From: Callorhinchus milii
Taxonomy: Eukaryota
DNA length: 64,000 nucleotides
Reading direction: 5' to 3'
NCBI RefSeq assembly: GCF_018977255.1
Contig: NW_024704743.1
Location: forward strand, 85,376,001-85,440,000
In this document: one piece after another, positions 37,901 to 51,192 of the stretch
How the letters are laid out: every line of letters starts with the position of its first letter
Numbering within the stretch: the stretch's first letter is position 1
Position numbers and translations under genes: made by a program
The notes under the pieces: model-generated
Seen by the model: only the letters and a program-made list of their open reading frames with translations
The model's database searches: none
Told to the model about the DNA's origin: nothing

Positions 37901-40900
37901 CCAACAGGTACTGTAACAGTCCATAGTCGCTTCCACATTCACCTCTCAGAAAGTTGGCCGGCGAGCGAGAAGCCAAAATGGGAGATTTCCAGAGCATTAC
38001 GTTGATGTCACATAATTGCAGCCTGCAGCAAATGAAGTCAGTGACGTGATGGCCTGGAAGTTGGCAATTTCCTGTGCACTGACTGGCTTTTGAAGGGTGG
38101 ATGGCCAGGTAACAGCTAATTACACTCCTGCAATCGCCCTTACACCTGTAATTGCATGATGTTCAGTTCCAGACATTGACAAATGTTACTGCATGGCATT
38201 TCTCTTCGTCTCAACTCCCAGCAACACCTGAAACTTCGCCAAAAGCAATGAGTGAAAACCTGAGTATCTCTTAAATATCTGAGTATCTGGCTAAATAAAT
38301 ATCCAAATCAAATCGCAAATCCGCATTATAATAAGCTTCTCATGACTGGGTTTTACTGGATAACTGATTGTAGAACTAGTGGAAATAAAATGGAAATCGT
38401 TGACAATATTTTTATACTTGCCACTCGAAGCATCATAGTAACATTTTAATAAAAATTGTGCATTTGGGAGTTTTTTTGGCTATTTCAGAGGTAGGGTGGG
38501 GAGAGGCTTGGGTCTAGGCTCATTGCTTTGGTGAAGTTCCGGATGTTGCTGGGAGGTTTGGTTTGGAAAAGCTCCTCGCAGTGACAATTTTGTGAACAAG
38601 TTTGCATAGGTGCTGTTTCTCACTGCAGTTCTTATCGAATAACTCTGGAGTGATCTTTCGATTATGAAAACCCTAGATTCTTCTATTGAATAAAATGTTT
38701 GTAAATGCATTAATGTAAATATACTTTTTGATAAGAAGTATTGCTTCTTGGAGAATTTTTTTTGTAGTTCTGCATTTTGAGTGGCTTAGATCCATTTTCA
38801 CGTGGAGTTGTAATGTATAACTGATCAATGACTTCCTGAAGATGGGACACATAATTCACAGCCAAATAACATTCTTAAAATTTTAGTCTATTGCTTCAGG
38901 GTGTTCATATTTATACCCAGTCATTAATACTTTAACTCTCAACTATTTAAATCAGCTGAAAAAATGCTACTGATGCATCACTTACTGCTGAATCTTTTTT
39001 TAATCAAATGCCCCTTTTTTTTTAAAAAAGCCTCTGCCTTCAAAACCGTGTTTATTATTGTTGGAATTTACTATGTTGAGTTTAATTGCATCTGTAGGAA
39101 TTTGCTGGTAGCACTGTATTATGTAAATACGAGTGCATCATTTATTAATAAAATGCATGTTTTTAATATTACGGAGGAGTTGAAATCAATAGACACTTTA
39201 ACGAGTATCTCTGTTGCTGCTTAATTGCATTTTTAAATTTCTTGCTGAACATTTGCACTTTAAGATTTATGGAACATTTCAAACACAATTACAGGGGGAA
39301 AATTGTACAAGGTAGTAAATGAATGATCAATTCAACATTTTACAAAAAATGCTGCTTTTCTAAAGTACTTTTCATTTCTATGTTGAATTTATTTGGGAGT
39401 TCTGTTGACTGCTATTTGTGCTTTGAATTTGTTAGGTTGGTGCATTCAAATTTAAACACACACCAATGTAATTCCCCTAAAGTGATTAAGCGTTGGTAGA
39501 ACAGTCACATTATATGTATTGTGTCGTTGCAAAAGTTCAAGTAGCCACCAGTTGGGATTGAATGTGAATTTGAATGTGAAACAATTTTGGATTAAGTGCT
39601 TGTAATGTGCCTGTAGCACAGTTGAAGAGGAAGGTTTTCAGGCGGGGCTGGAAAAAGGGGAGAGAGGGCTCAAACTACAGGAGCAGGATTAATTAAAAGC
39701 TGTCCATTTTTGCATGTCTTAAGCAAATACTACATTCTGTACCTACATCTTAAGTGAAATATTCAAACCAAGTATACAAGCAAGTTGCTAAAAGTTCTAT
39801 GATACAAAAATGTAACTAATTGCTTGAGCACTTACGTTTATTCAGTGAACACAAAGTGGGTGTGGAGAAAGTAGTTGGAATCGGATGGTATATTGCCATT
39901 TGGCATCTCAAATCGACAGTGCACTGAAAGCACTAAAATGTCAGCTTTGTTGAAGTCGAGGAGGATAGGACAGGAAATTGGAACCAGCTAAGCAATGCGT
40001 TTTTTATGCTTGATGATTGTTAGGTCTAGAAGTTTGAAAGCTGCAACAATTCCCTGGAGAATCCCCTTAAGCATACATAGCTATCTTTTACAGTGGAACT
40101 ATGATGAGATGATGTTCAGCTGTCAAATTGGTTGACTTTTCAGTGGGTGGAAATTCAGACCACCATGTTTATTGGATTTGTCTTAGTATTGTCCCTTGCA
40201 AGTATTAGCTGTTAGCCCCAGGGGTTTTGGGAATTGTAAAACGAAAAGAATCTGTGGATTGCAACCAGTAGCTTTTGCCGAAATACTGCTTTGAATATTT
40301 ATTTGCCTCTTGCATGCCTTTCAAATGAGGTTTGCTTTAAAGATGTGTTTGGCCAACTAGTGAATATTAGCACTAATAAAACTAACTTGTTCCAGTTATG
40401 TCTGGAATTTAAAAATCTATTTCTGAATGAAAATTGAATCTCCCATTAGTTTACAGAAATTCCCAACCAGTGGGTTACAGAAACTCTAAACTTATGTGTC
40501 CATTTTATTTAGGCTTTTGTGCAGATAAGGATATGCCTCCAGAAGATTACCTCAGCTACCTATTGAGTAATTTTTAAAGTATGCTGCGTTTTGTTTTTTG
40601 GCTGCACACTTCCATCACTTCCACGGCACCTGCACTTCCTCACACACACAGAAGTATTTCAAAACTAGTTTCCTTTTTGTTAGTGGTCTGTAGTAGTGAC
40701 CTTGGTATTCAGGATATTCTACCCAGAATCGTCTTGATGGTATTATTTTGGTTACAGAGCTAAGTATTTTCACATCAGAAAAGTGACTGCTCCCACCAGA
40801 AAGAACCACACAGAAAACGTCTGAAAATGTAGACTAAATAATATCCCTTATATGTGTGTGTCCCTTCTTGCCCCACCACAACATGGAAATATTAAGCAGC

Positions 40901-42492
40901 ATGTTAATCTGCATGAAGCCTAGGTTTATTTGTGTACATGCTTTTATGTTTGGGCCATAATTAAATATGATCGTTCAACGTTTGAGTGGCATGTACTGAA
41001 GTTGGTGCTGAGTGAGCTTGGTACAAAGCATTTACTTGGACCTCAAGAGAACTTTTAAGTTGGCTGCCTTTTACACAAATATATACAGCATGTATGGGTC
41101 CACGCTGGAATCAGATGTCCATCAAATGGCTGATAAATAAATTTGGGGCAACGGTGGCTTGAATGTGTTATCTGGAATTTGGGTTCATGAACATATGCTT
41201 GATTTGGTGTCAACTTTTGTTGATATGCAAAGAGGTAAACAGTCAATTGGGCAAGGATTCTTCCCACTCAGCTTCTGTTACCCATCAACCCCAAATCCTA
41301 ACAGTTGCCTAGTTCCTAGCTGTACAAGCAGTGGAAAGCATGGCAGTCAGTGTTCAAAATGGCAAACTTCATGGATTTAGCTGGTTAAACTCTAGCCATA
41401 CCCCAGGTACAAATTCTGGGTCTCAAGTCTTGACTTTGACAACTAGTCTCTAAACTTTTCCAGGTAAGGTAATAGATACCAGATGAACTGAAACCATACA
41501 TATACAGTATATAATTGTTTGCTTTGGAGATTTGAGCATGGTGATGGTTTCCGCGTAAGTTGGAGATCTGGCTTACCAAAAAATTACTGTAACTTTCCTG
41601 CAAAACCAGGACAATTGAAAATATGCATTGCAGGCTGTATGTAATTTATTTTGCCAATGTTCTCCAGGATATCTCAAGTAATCAATTTGATATGATGTTC
41701 TTCGTGCATGTGCAGGACCTTTGAAAGCTATTATTCCCTTGATTACCCCTACTTAAAAAATGGTAATTGAACCAAGAAAAAAAGGCTGGCAGCCAAGTCG
41801 CTTGATATTCAGGTGCATATTCCAGACTTTGCTGCAGTTTATTTGTTGAATGGGAACAGCTGCCTCAAGGTTCTGCCTAAGTAAAGTCAATGACGTCTTC
41901 ATAAAATTTTTTGTGCATGTACAGAACAAAAGAAACTTACCTCAGAATTTTTAAAAGTAAAATGAACCCTTTGATCACAGGGTTAGTGATGGGCAGATTT
42001 ATTGATAAGAAAAGAGAAAGTGGAAGAAACAGAAACAAGTGACAGAAAAAAGTCAGTTGCACAAACTGATACAGAGAAATCTTAATGTGACTCAACAACA
42101 TTTCATGTTGCTTTTCCCTTCACTAAGAGATTGCATTGTTGTATGTAGTCTGAAAATAAAAGACACATCCATAATTCTGTCAATTTAATGAACCGCACTA
42201 ACAATGAGGAAAATTTGAGGATATCACTTTTCTAAATGACTATTATTCAATTATATAATATATTTATGTGCAACAAGATGGTCACAATATATTAGAAATG
42301 TGCACAATCGGAATAAATGGAAAGATCATGTGATACAGGTACTGAAGTGGGTGTTTGCTTGGGTGGATAAGGTGAGTAAATAAGAAATGTACATTCTACC
42401 CTCTGATCTGTATGTCTAAAGTTTCAAACCACTAGTGATGAAAATTATTTTGCATTTATTGTATCAAACTAAATTGTTTTTAAATATTTCAG

Positions 42493-42599
42493 GTGAATCA
42501 GGATTAGGAAAATCGACACTCATCAACTCGTTGTTTCTGACAGACTTGTACTCAACAGAATATCCTGGCCCTTCACATAGGATCAAAAAAACAGTAATG
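42493..42599 (+). CDS. SEPTIN7: Septin-7 exon 4 ([36 protein letters not shown])
   Basis: Acceptor atttcag|, donor |gtatgt, 107 nt, phase 1 to 0. It encodes the G1/P-loop GESGLGKS and the switch-I region. Confidence 0.97.
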
Positions 42600-44269
42600 G
42601 TATGTCTGTTTAATCTATTAAAACACTTATTGTAGTATATCTTTAAAATGTTTCAGTTTCTGTAATTAGATTAAATATTGAAAAATATTGCATTTGGGTT
42701 TTTAATTTTTTTGCAATTGTTTTTTCTGTGGCAACAATTGGGTCAGTCAAGCGCTCTGAGACGCCATCCGGCGTGGAGGGCGCTATATAAATCCAGGTTG
42801 TTGTTCAGTAAATGAAAGCTGCGGATTTGTATAGAAATCCTTTTCTGTTTAGCTTGCTGGATAGTTGCCATCTGTAAATTTGAATGTACCTTCTGTAAAT
42901 GACATACAGTAATTGAATTTAATGTAATCAAACTTGCAGGTGGCAACTAATATGCCATTATAGAGGTTTTGATAATGATGAACCTTTTGAAGTATAGTTT
43001 TATAGTAATCCTGGTTGTCGGAATGGTCTGGGTTTCCAATATGCTATAAAATTATACGGTTATCAGATTAGGTTCTGATATAAAGATAGTTGAATGTTAA
43101 CATTTCACCTATAGAATAGGTGATGAAGTTTATTGTATTGTTGAATTTTCGCCACAGAATGGCCATTGATCCTGTAACCTGTCTGTATGGAAGCAGTTCC
43201 AAATACTTCAGAGAGAGAAAGCTGCTATGAATTTTCAATCCAATTGTAGTTCAGATGTGCATAATCTTTGTATGGTGAAGCCACGTGCAGATTATCGAGA
43301 AAGGACAACCATTAGAGAGATCAATAAAGACTAGGTAGACCTCTTACCATGAATTATTGGTTAATCCCACAGTAAAGTTGATATAGTGAAAGTCGCACAT
43401 GCCAGAAAGCCAAAGGTTTGACTGCTTGGATGCAACCATGTCACTTGATCTATGCCAAACTAACTGAGGACATTAACTGAATAATTGACCACAGGATTTT
43501 GTGGGGGAATCAATTTGAGTAGCCATTATTAATGGTTGTTCACGCCTCCCCTTCCCCCGGGCGACCAGAAAAATGTGTGTGAAACATTTTGCGAATTGCA
43601 AATATTCTCTCCCTCCCACAACCCGGTTCAATAACTTACCAACCTGCCTTTATCGGTATGAGCAGATGAAACATGGCAACTTGGGCTTGATGGTAGCGGG
43701 TAAATGTGTACATGGGACTCTCTAACACTTAAGGTGGGTGAAAAACAGTAGAAAGTAAAACCAAGCAACAAAGAACTCTTGATTAAATTCTTGTAGTTAT
43801 GAACGGGATATTAGCAGATGAGAATGATTTTGATATTCTTTTCTGTCCACCCTTTTTTGAAGCCATTGACTCCTGTTGATTCACACGACCCCTCAGAACC
43901 TTGTCCCCATTTGGTCAATTCATTTGCGAACCTGGGAATGGAACTTTTTTTTTTAAAAAAAGCAGTCTAGGTCATCACCAGCTTGCTTCTGTTCTTGCTT
44001 AACATCCATACAGCACTTCCAGTACAGCTTAGGGTCCTTAGCTGTTTTTTTTTCTTTTCTTTCTTCCCCCCCCCCCACCCACCAGCCCTGTGACACTAAA
44101 GCTAATTGTAATGATCCAGCTAGCTTAACACAGGCAGATAATATTCCTAGAATGAAACTTTGAACCGAGATCCCATCTGCCTGTTCAGGTGAATGTTAAA
44201 AATCTAATGTGGGACATTGCTTTGCACAAAATTGGTTCCAGGGTTAGCCAAAAAAAAAAATTGTTTTCA

Positions 44270-44640
44270 AAGTGCTTCACAATATTTACTGTTAAGTATA
44301 GTTACTATTTACAGGTTACTGCAGCAGCTAATTTTGCACATGTTATTGTTCCATAAACCGATATAAAATTAATGACTAGTTTTATCTGGGAAGTGTTAGC
44401 CAGGGCACTGGGAGAAACTCCATTGTCTTTCCAAATAGTACCATGGGATCTTGAATGTCCACTTGAAGAGGCAGATAGGACCTTGGTTTTGCATCTCACC
44501 TGAAGGACAACATCTCTGACAATGAATGCAGCGCTCTCCAGTCTTGCACTGGGATGTGATTCTAGACTATGAACTTAGTAATGATGTGGGCTTGAACATG
44601 CAATGTTCTGACTCCCAAGGCAAATGCTACCAAGCTGTTA
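44270..44640 (-). mobile_element. Deu-domain SINE, near full length
   Basis: gccagggcactgggagaaactcc...aatagtaccatgggatctt...gggcttgaac...ttctgactc. Confidence 0.75.
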
Positions 44641-46169
44641 CCTGGCTGTATACTGTTTATACTGTGCTTTGCAGGTCAGTTCTTTTCCTTAACAAAACTA
44701 TCGAGGGTGCCAGTGAGAGCTGTTTTGATGAACACTTTCAAACTGGTTATTCATCCAGGAAATTTAACATTGTCCCAACTACCTCTTTTCTATGTTTTTT
44801 GGCAAGGCAATGTGTGCTTTACAACATGCTCATTACTTGTTTAGGCTGATGTGAACCTCTAGGAATCTAGGAAAGGACTTTTATTTTGGCTTAATGATTG
44901 CATTATAGTCAGTTTACATAGCCTGAGAGTTTGCAAGCCATTCACAGTAAGTTCCAGTTCACCTTGAAAAGCACACACATACTGAATGCAGTTTAACTTG
45001 AACATGGGTGTGTTTTTTTAAGGAAGTCTGAGCTGTTTGTTCCTTAAATGTAAGCAACATTGTTCCTTTATATAGTTCCTGAGGCATAATGGAGTGTGGG
45101 CGATTCTGAAGCAGTTAATCTCATTTTGTACACTTGACTCTCGATTTAGTTTTTAAAGTGATTTTAATCCGGTTCAGCTACAGGAAATTGAACAGAAATA
45201 CCATTTTGGGGGGAAGAATGCAGTTTGCTTCCTGTCTAGCTTATACACAGTCCTGGATGAATTTTAATCAACATCACGTATTGTGAACCTAAGTTTTTGC
45301 TGCTTTGCATTTGGAAATCTGCAGAGCAGCGAAAATTAGGTTCAAGTAACGACATGTTGTCAAATGGTCAGTTAATACTCATCAGTTGATCCACAAAGTA
45401 TTATGAATTTCACTGAGAAAGGGTTCTGGTGTATCTAAAAACAAAACATGTTTGTCAGTTGATGGAACAAATGGATTCTATGACAGTAGGACTTGGCTGT
45501 GCCAGCCTGCAGTACTAAGCTGCCTTCAGTTATGATCACAATTGGAGCTGTGCTTGCATTAGGCAGTACACAGTTTTATTAGACAGATGACTGTAGTTGT
45601 ACATAAAAACTAGCTAGGTTAGCGGATTTAATTTTGTAAACATTAACAATAGCGTTCAGCGTATCACCGAAAACACAATGTTCCAAGTGAGAGACTAATA
45701 AATCTGAATTCAGAATTCGTTATTATATTGTTTAGTCTGGGAAAGGAGGTTGAGTCTGAATAAATAGTGGATTTCAATAATTCAAGCAGAACATATCTAA
45801 TTGTAAACTGTTTAGAAGAGAATTTGAGCATGATTTAAATGAAAAGCTTTGCACTTAGTCTAAAACTTCCTAAATTCTTAGGAAGAAGAATGCAGGGCTT
45901 TGTTTGTATACTGAGTAATATTTTCTTTTCTTTCACAAATATTACTGAATTGATCTAAATATAATTTGTTAAAAAATGTTTGGCTATTTTTCCTCCTCCC
46001 ACCCATCGCCCCCATTCATCATTAGAAATGTTAATGGCATCCTGCAAAGCATAAGCCAAAGGAAAGAAATTGATACATTTAAATGTAGTCAGAGATGGAA
46101 ACCCGTTTTGTCATGGATCTGGGTTCTTGAATATTTAATATTTCCTGTTTTTCACTGAGATCTTATTTT

Positions 46170-46740
46170 CATAGAATCGTAGAAATATATTGTACAGATG
46201 GAGGCCATTCGGTCCAGTTCACAGGGGAAGCTGCTGATTTAATCTAACTGCCCTGCCTTATCTCCATATCCCTCCAAGCCTCTATCCTTCATATCTATCC
46301 ATTTCCCTCTTGAAACTCGCACTAGATTCTGCCTCTACCATCTTGCTTGGCTGGACATTACACATCCCATCAATTCTGAGTGAAAAAAATTTGGGCTCTC
46401 CTTGCAACTATCTTATAACTATGGCCCCCTAGTCCTGATGCCCCTACTAGTGGAAATGGCTTACTCACTTAGTAGCTTCTCCCTATTTAACCTGTCAAAA
46501 CCCCTCATAATTTTGTACACTTCTATCAGGTCCCCTCTCAATCTTCTCTGCTCCAATAAAAATAGACCCAACTTCTTCAGTCTCCCCTCATAACTGAAGC
46601 CCCTCATCCTTGTAGTATTCTTATAAGTCTCCTGTGCACTCCCTCCAATGCCTTAACATCTTTTCTGAAATGAAGTGCCCAAAATTGAATGCTGCAGTTC
46701 AGTTGCAACCGGACCAACGATTTCTACAAAGTTATTATTG
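46170..46740 (-). mobile_element. CR1-like LINE 3' end
   Basis: Terminus catagaatcgtagaa...ggaggccattcggtcc and a body complementary to the CR1 ORF2 C-terminus (compare 50050-50440). Confidence 0.85.
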
Positions 46741-48949
46741 CTTTACCTTGATACATAATCCTCCGAGACACCGCTCGAATGAAGGGTGCTATATAAATGC
46801 AGGTTGAACGTTATGCCCCTATGTACAAAATGAACAAAACTGTTTGGTTTTGCACTTCCAATTATATTTGCTCCTTTGCTTCTTTCTGTTGAATATACAC
46901 TCCCTTCTCTTTTTCTACCAAAATGACTCCTGTCGAGTTAGTGGCAGATTAATGCTATACATCCTGATTCCTCACATGATGTCAGTCTTGCAACAGCCAT
47001 TCTTATTTTCCTTCCCCCCCCACCCTTCAGATTTGAATTTATAATCAATAATAATAATCCTTACTATCATGTCGTCAAAACATCTCAAAGCACTTCAAAA
47101 CTGACTGAAGTGAGATTGCTGTGTATTTTTTGGCGAATTTGATTCAAAACCTCGTTTTAAGACAGCACATAGCTGTTATATGAAATTTGTTCCCTGAAAA
47201 AATAGCTCTTTTGATTTTGTTTTAGACATTCATGGTTAAATAAATGGTTAAATAAATTAATTTTGAAAAGGAACCTAGCATCTTCCAGGCCACAATGATA
47301 GAAATAGAATTTTGTTTGGCAACAAAAGATTGCCATCATATCTATCAACTCGTAAATTTGAGTTTCAGCATCAGAGCCATTAAGAAGACATCATTTAATG
47401 AAATAAAATAAACTTGCATGGATCACCAGCTTTCCATGTCCTGTGGATAAGGCTGCCTATACTTTTGTTGTAGAATTTATGGGTCCTACATTTTGTTAAA
47501 ATGAGTCATTAACAATAAAACCGCATAAAAATGCATGCTAGGATTCTTGAATTAAAAATGTTTTCATAGGATTGTCACCCCTGTATAAAGATACTGCATA
47601 TCGATGTGAATGGAAATATATTTAAAGGTGCAGCTTACCACTTTTAGAGTTTGGTTTTACCTTCTTACAATGTGTCTTGTGTAGAGGTAATCAACAACAT
47701 CCTTAAATGGTGATCATAATTTTATGTTGTTTGAAGAAAATAGTAAATAATACATTACTGGAGGATTTCTACTTTACAGCAGGTCACTTTAGGTCAGTTT
47801 ATAGGCCATATTTTACCATCTATTGGTGTTGCTGTTTGCTGGAAATTAAGATGCTGTCTCTGTAGGGTTGTTTGCTCTTGTCTTTGTAGAAGGGGCTTTA
47901 TGCTTACAGTATGTCACGAAGGAACCTACGTGTCCGAATCAAGAATCCAATGTTAGTAAACTCATTTGCATGCACTTCCAAAAGGATTTGAATTCTGTTC
48001 TGTTTCTATATACTGAATCATTCTTTCAGTGATAAATAGAATGCATTCCCTTCTAGCTCATACTACTGAGAGTGTCTGGAGTATTAAAAAGGAAGCCTTT
48101 TTATTGACCCCTGCAAAACTTGGCTCTGAAAATACAAGTGAACAAAAACAGATTTATCAGAGTCTTGTAGGAAACAGGGTGGTTGTTGACCTTGGTGTTG
48201 GTATTACATTTATTATGCATCTTATTTTATGCTGGTTGAATTTTATGGATCTATGTAACTTGATGTTAATAGCTTTGATATTAAACTGGAGGACTAATTG
48301 ATCCTCTTTTTAGAGCTTACAGTAAAAGTAAAGTAAAGGGTAAAGTTTTTTTTTTAAAAAGTGGAAAGATATAATTTATGAAAGCAGAATTTGTCAGAGG
48401 TGGGGTGTGTGTGATCAGTTTGTGCAAATAAAACTTGCTTTAAAACTAACTATGCATTATTTTGCCAGTAAGTATACAGTTGGAATTTTTTATCCATAGG
48501 AAGTGGTAGATGTGGTGTAGACCAGTCTTTGAAAATATGATGTGGACGTTAAGCAAACAAAACATTGGCAACCCTTGTCCCTGATTTTTTCCATAAGTGA
48601 GTACGTAAAATTACTTCTATTTAAAGAAATGTGCATTATGCTCCAAGCAGGAAAACACTTTCACTAATCTGTCATGCATCAGTTTAGGAATTTGAAGATA
48701 TGTGTGCTTGTTCTGCCAATTTAATTTTAGCCATAATTTCTGTGGTTGATGTTCTGAATTGGGTTCTCAGGTTCTATTCTAAGAAGCTTTATAGCATGAG
48801 GTGATTATTGTAGGCATTAAACAAATGTTCTTAATTCTAACTATTAAATGCCGGCACTTAGTTCAATCCTTCTCTCTTTTAAGCTTTTCTGTCCGAATCT
48901 ACTTGCTTTTATTTCACATCACAACCTCAACCCATTCACCCTCCATTTT

Positions 48950-49250
48950 TATGCAGTTTCCTACTGTCCTGCACTCCTGGCACGTTCCCTCTGCTGCAAA
49001 ACCTTTGACTAGAAGGATAAACCTTCAGCCACTCTACCCTTTGCTTTCCAGGTTCTCACCCAGAATCTTGCCACCCTACTTTGTTCATCTCCACTTTCAA
49101 AACCTATCTTAAAAACGTCTTTGACTGTGCCTTCAGGCAGCTTCTGCCTCTCCATACCTTCCAGCCAGCTCAGGTCTAATTCAGTCACTGTGAAGTGCTT
49201 TGAGATGTTTTCCTGTATAGAAGGTTCAATACTAGTGCAAATTGTTGTAA
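48950..49250 (+). mobile_element. L2-like 3' end, degenerate
   Basis: ccttcagccactctaccc...gtgaagtgctttgagatg...tagtgcaaattgttg. Confidence 0.6.
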
Positions 49251-49339
49251 TTCAAGAGTGGGAGAAGAAAATCCTAAACCCATAATTATCAGTTCTACCA
49301 TTGATTGATTTACAGTAGAGTAGGTTATCCACACTAATT

Positions 49340-50442
49340 ATGTGCAGCTTCATTATGGATAAGCAAACAATGATGATAAATATTGGACTTGGATTTGTTA
49401 AAGGTAAATTGTGTCTAACAAACCTGATAAGAGTTTTTGATGAAGTAACGGAGGGGGTAGATGAAGGTAGTGCAGTTGATGTTGTTTATATGGATTTTCA
49501 AAAGGCTTTTGATAAAGTGCCACATAAGAGACTTGTAAGCAAAATAGAAGCCCATGGTATTAAAGGGATAGTGCAGCATTGATACAGAACTGGCTGGGAG
49601 TCAGAAAGCAGAGTTGTGGTGAATGGTTGTTTTTTTGACTGGAGAGAAGTGTGCAGTTGTGTCTCCCAGGGGTTGATATTGGAACCACTGCTCTTTTTGA
49701 TCTATATAAATGACCTTGGACTTGGGTATAGGGAGTACAGTTTCCCAGTTTGCAGATGCTACTAAGCTAGGAAGAGTAGTAAATGGTGAGGAGGATAGTA
49801 GCGGACTGCAAGAGGAATAGACAGACTGGTAAAATGGGCAGACAGGTGGTAGACCAAATTTAATGTGGAGAAATGCAAAGTGATGAATTTTGGGAGGAAG
49901 AATGAGGAGAGGCAATATAAGCTAGTACAGTCTTAATAGGGTGAAGGAGTCAATTTTTGAAGGTGGCAGAACAGGTAGATAAAGCTGTTAAAAGGCACAC
50001 AGGATACTAGACTTTATAAATAGGGGCGTAGAATACAGAAGTCCGGAAGTTATGATGAACCTTTATAAAACACTGGGTAGGCCTCAGCTAGTGTACTGCG
50101 TTCAGTTCTGGGCTCCACACTTTAGAAAGGATATCGAGGCATTGGAGAGTAGATTTACCAGGATGGTGCCAGGAATGAGGGACTTCAGTTATGAGGAGAG
50201 ACTAGAGAAGCGAGGATTATTCTCCTTGGAGCAGAGAGGAGGAGACTTAACAGAAGGACTTGAAAGGGTGAACATGGAGAAATTATTTCCACTGGCGGGT
50301 GGGTCGGTAACCCAAGGACTCCGATTTAAAATGGTTGTTAAAAGAAACAGAGGGGAGGTGAGGAGAAATTTTTTCACACAGCGAGTTGTTCGGATCTGGA
50401 ACGATGGGCCGAGTAGCCTCCTTTTGTGCTGTATGATTCTAT
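49340..50442 (+). mobile_element. CR1-clade LINE, 5'-truncated ORF2 (reverse transcriptase) and 3' end
   Basis: GFVKGKLCLTNLI..FDEVT..VDEGSAVDVVYMDFQKAFDKVPH, YCVQFWAPHFRKDI and RRNFFTQRVVRIWN. Terminus gatgggccgagtagcctccttttgtgctgtatgattctat. Disrupted by stops and frameshifts. Confidence 0.93.
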
Positions 50443-50871
50443 AATTGCACAAAATATAAATAAGCTTAAAAAAAGTTATATTGTTGCAGAAACCTTATGA
50501 CACGATTGTCAAACGACATGGCACCAGCCCTTCTCTCTTTGCCACTTTACCTCTCTCGCGCTCAAGCTCGCTCTCTGAGTAATCCTAAACTGTATAGAGT
50601 CATTATTTGAACAAAAGTTTTTCCTCATGTGTGCAATGTTACTAAGGCAAAGATTTCCTTACACAGTGTGACTAATTCCTGTCCTGAGGAATAATGTGCA
50701 CAGCTGAATTTTTTTCAGTGTTTTGTAGCCCTACCTCCACTTCCTCATTGGAGGCTGATTTGCATTAACAGACATGCAGCTAGTTTGTGTATGAATAACT
50801 GGTAATCTCTGGTTGTCTTGCATATATTTTTTTAATGATTGCATACAAAGTATATTGAGCACTTCTGATTT

Positions 50872-51192
50872 GGAGTCCTGTAGCGTATTGGTTAGAGCAC
50901 TTGCCTTTGCAAGTGAGAGGACCTGGGTTCGATTCCCGGCAGCACTAAACCTAAGGCAAGCTTCCATATTTCATACGCCTCTGTTTACCTGGTAGTAAGT
51001 TGGAACCCATTTGTTAGTCGATTGGCGAATCGCTTTTCCGAGGGTAATAATCCTTTCAAAAACAATAAATAATTTTCTTATGTATTAAGAATAATTTGCT
51101 CATTAAATCCATGACCGTTTGTGGGACACTGCTGTGTTCAATTATCTGCCCTGTTTCGCTCACAAAATATACATTCAATTCACTTTACAGTA
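50872..51192 (+). mobile_element. tRNA(Ala-like)-derived SINE, longer variant, tail truncated
   Basis: Head ggagtcctgtagcgtattggttagagcac...TGC...gggttcgattcccggc. It carries an extra internal segment (~50975-51040) that is absent from 25697-26004. Confidence 0.8.

Noticed and set aside
49340..50444. Intact reverse-transcriptase gene
   Set aside because: A fragmented CR1 relic with stops, frameshifts and 5' truncation. The same applies to the L2 ORFs at 58959-59992.
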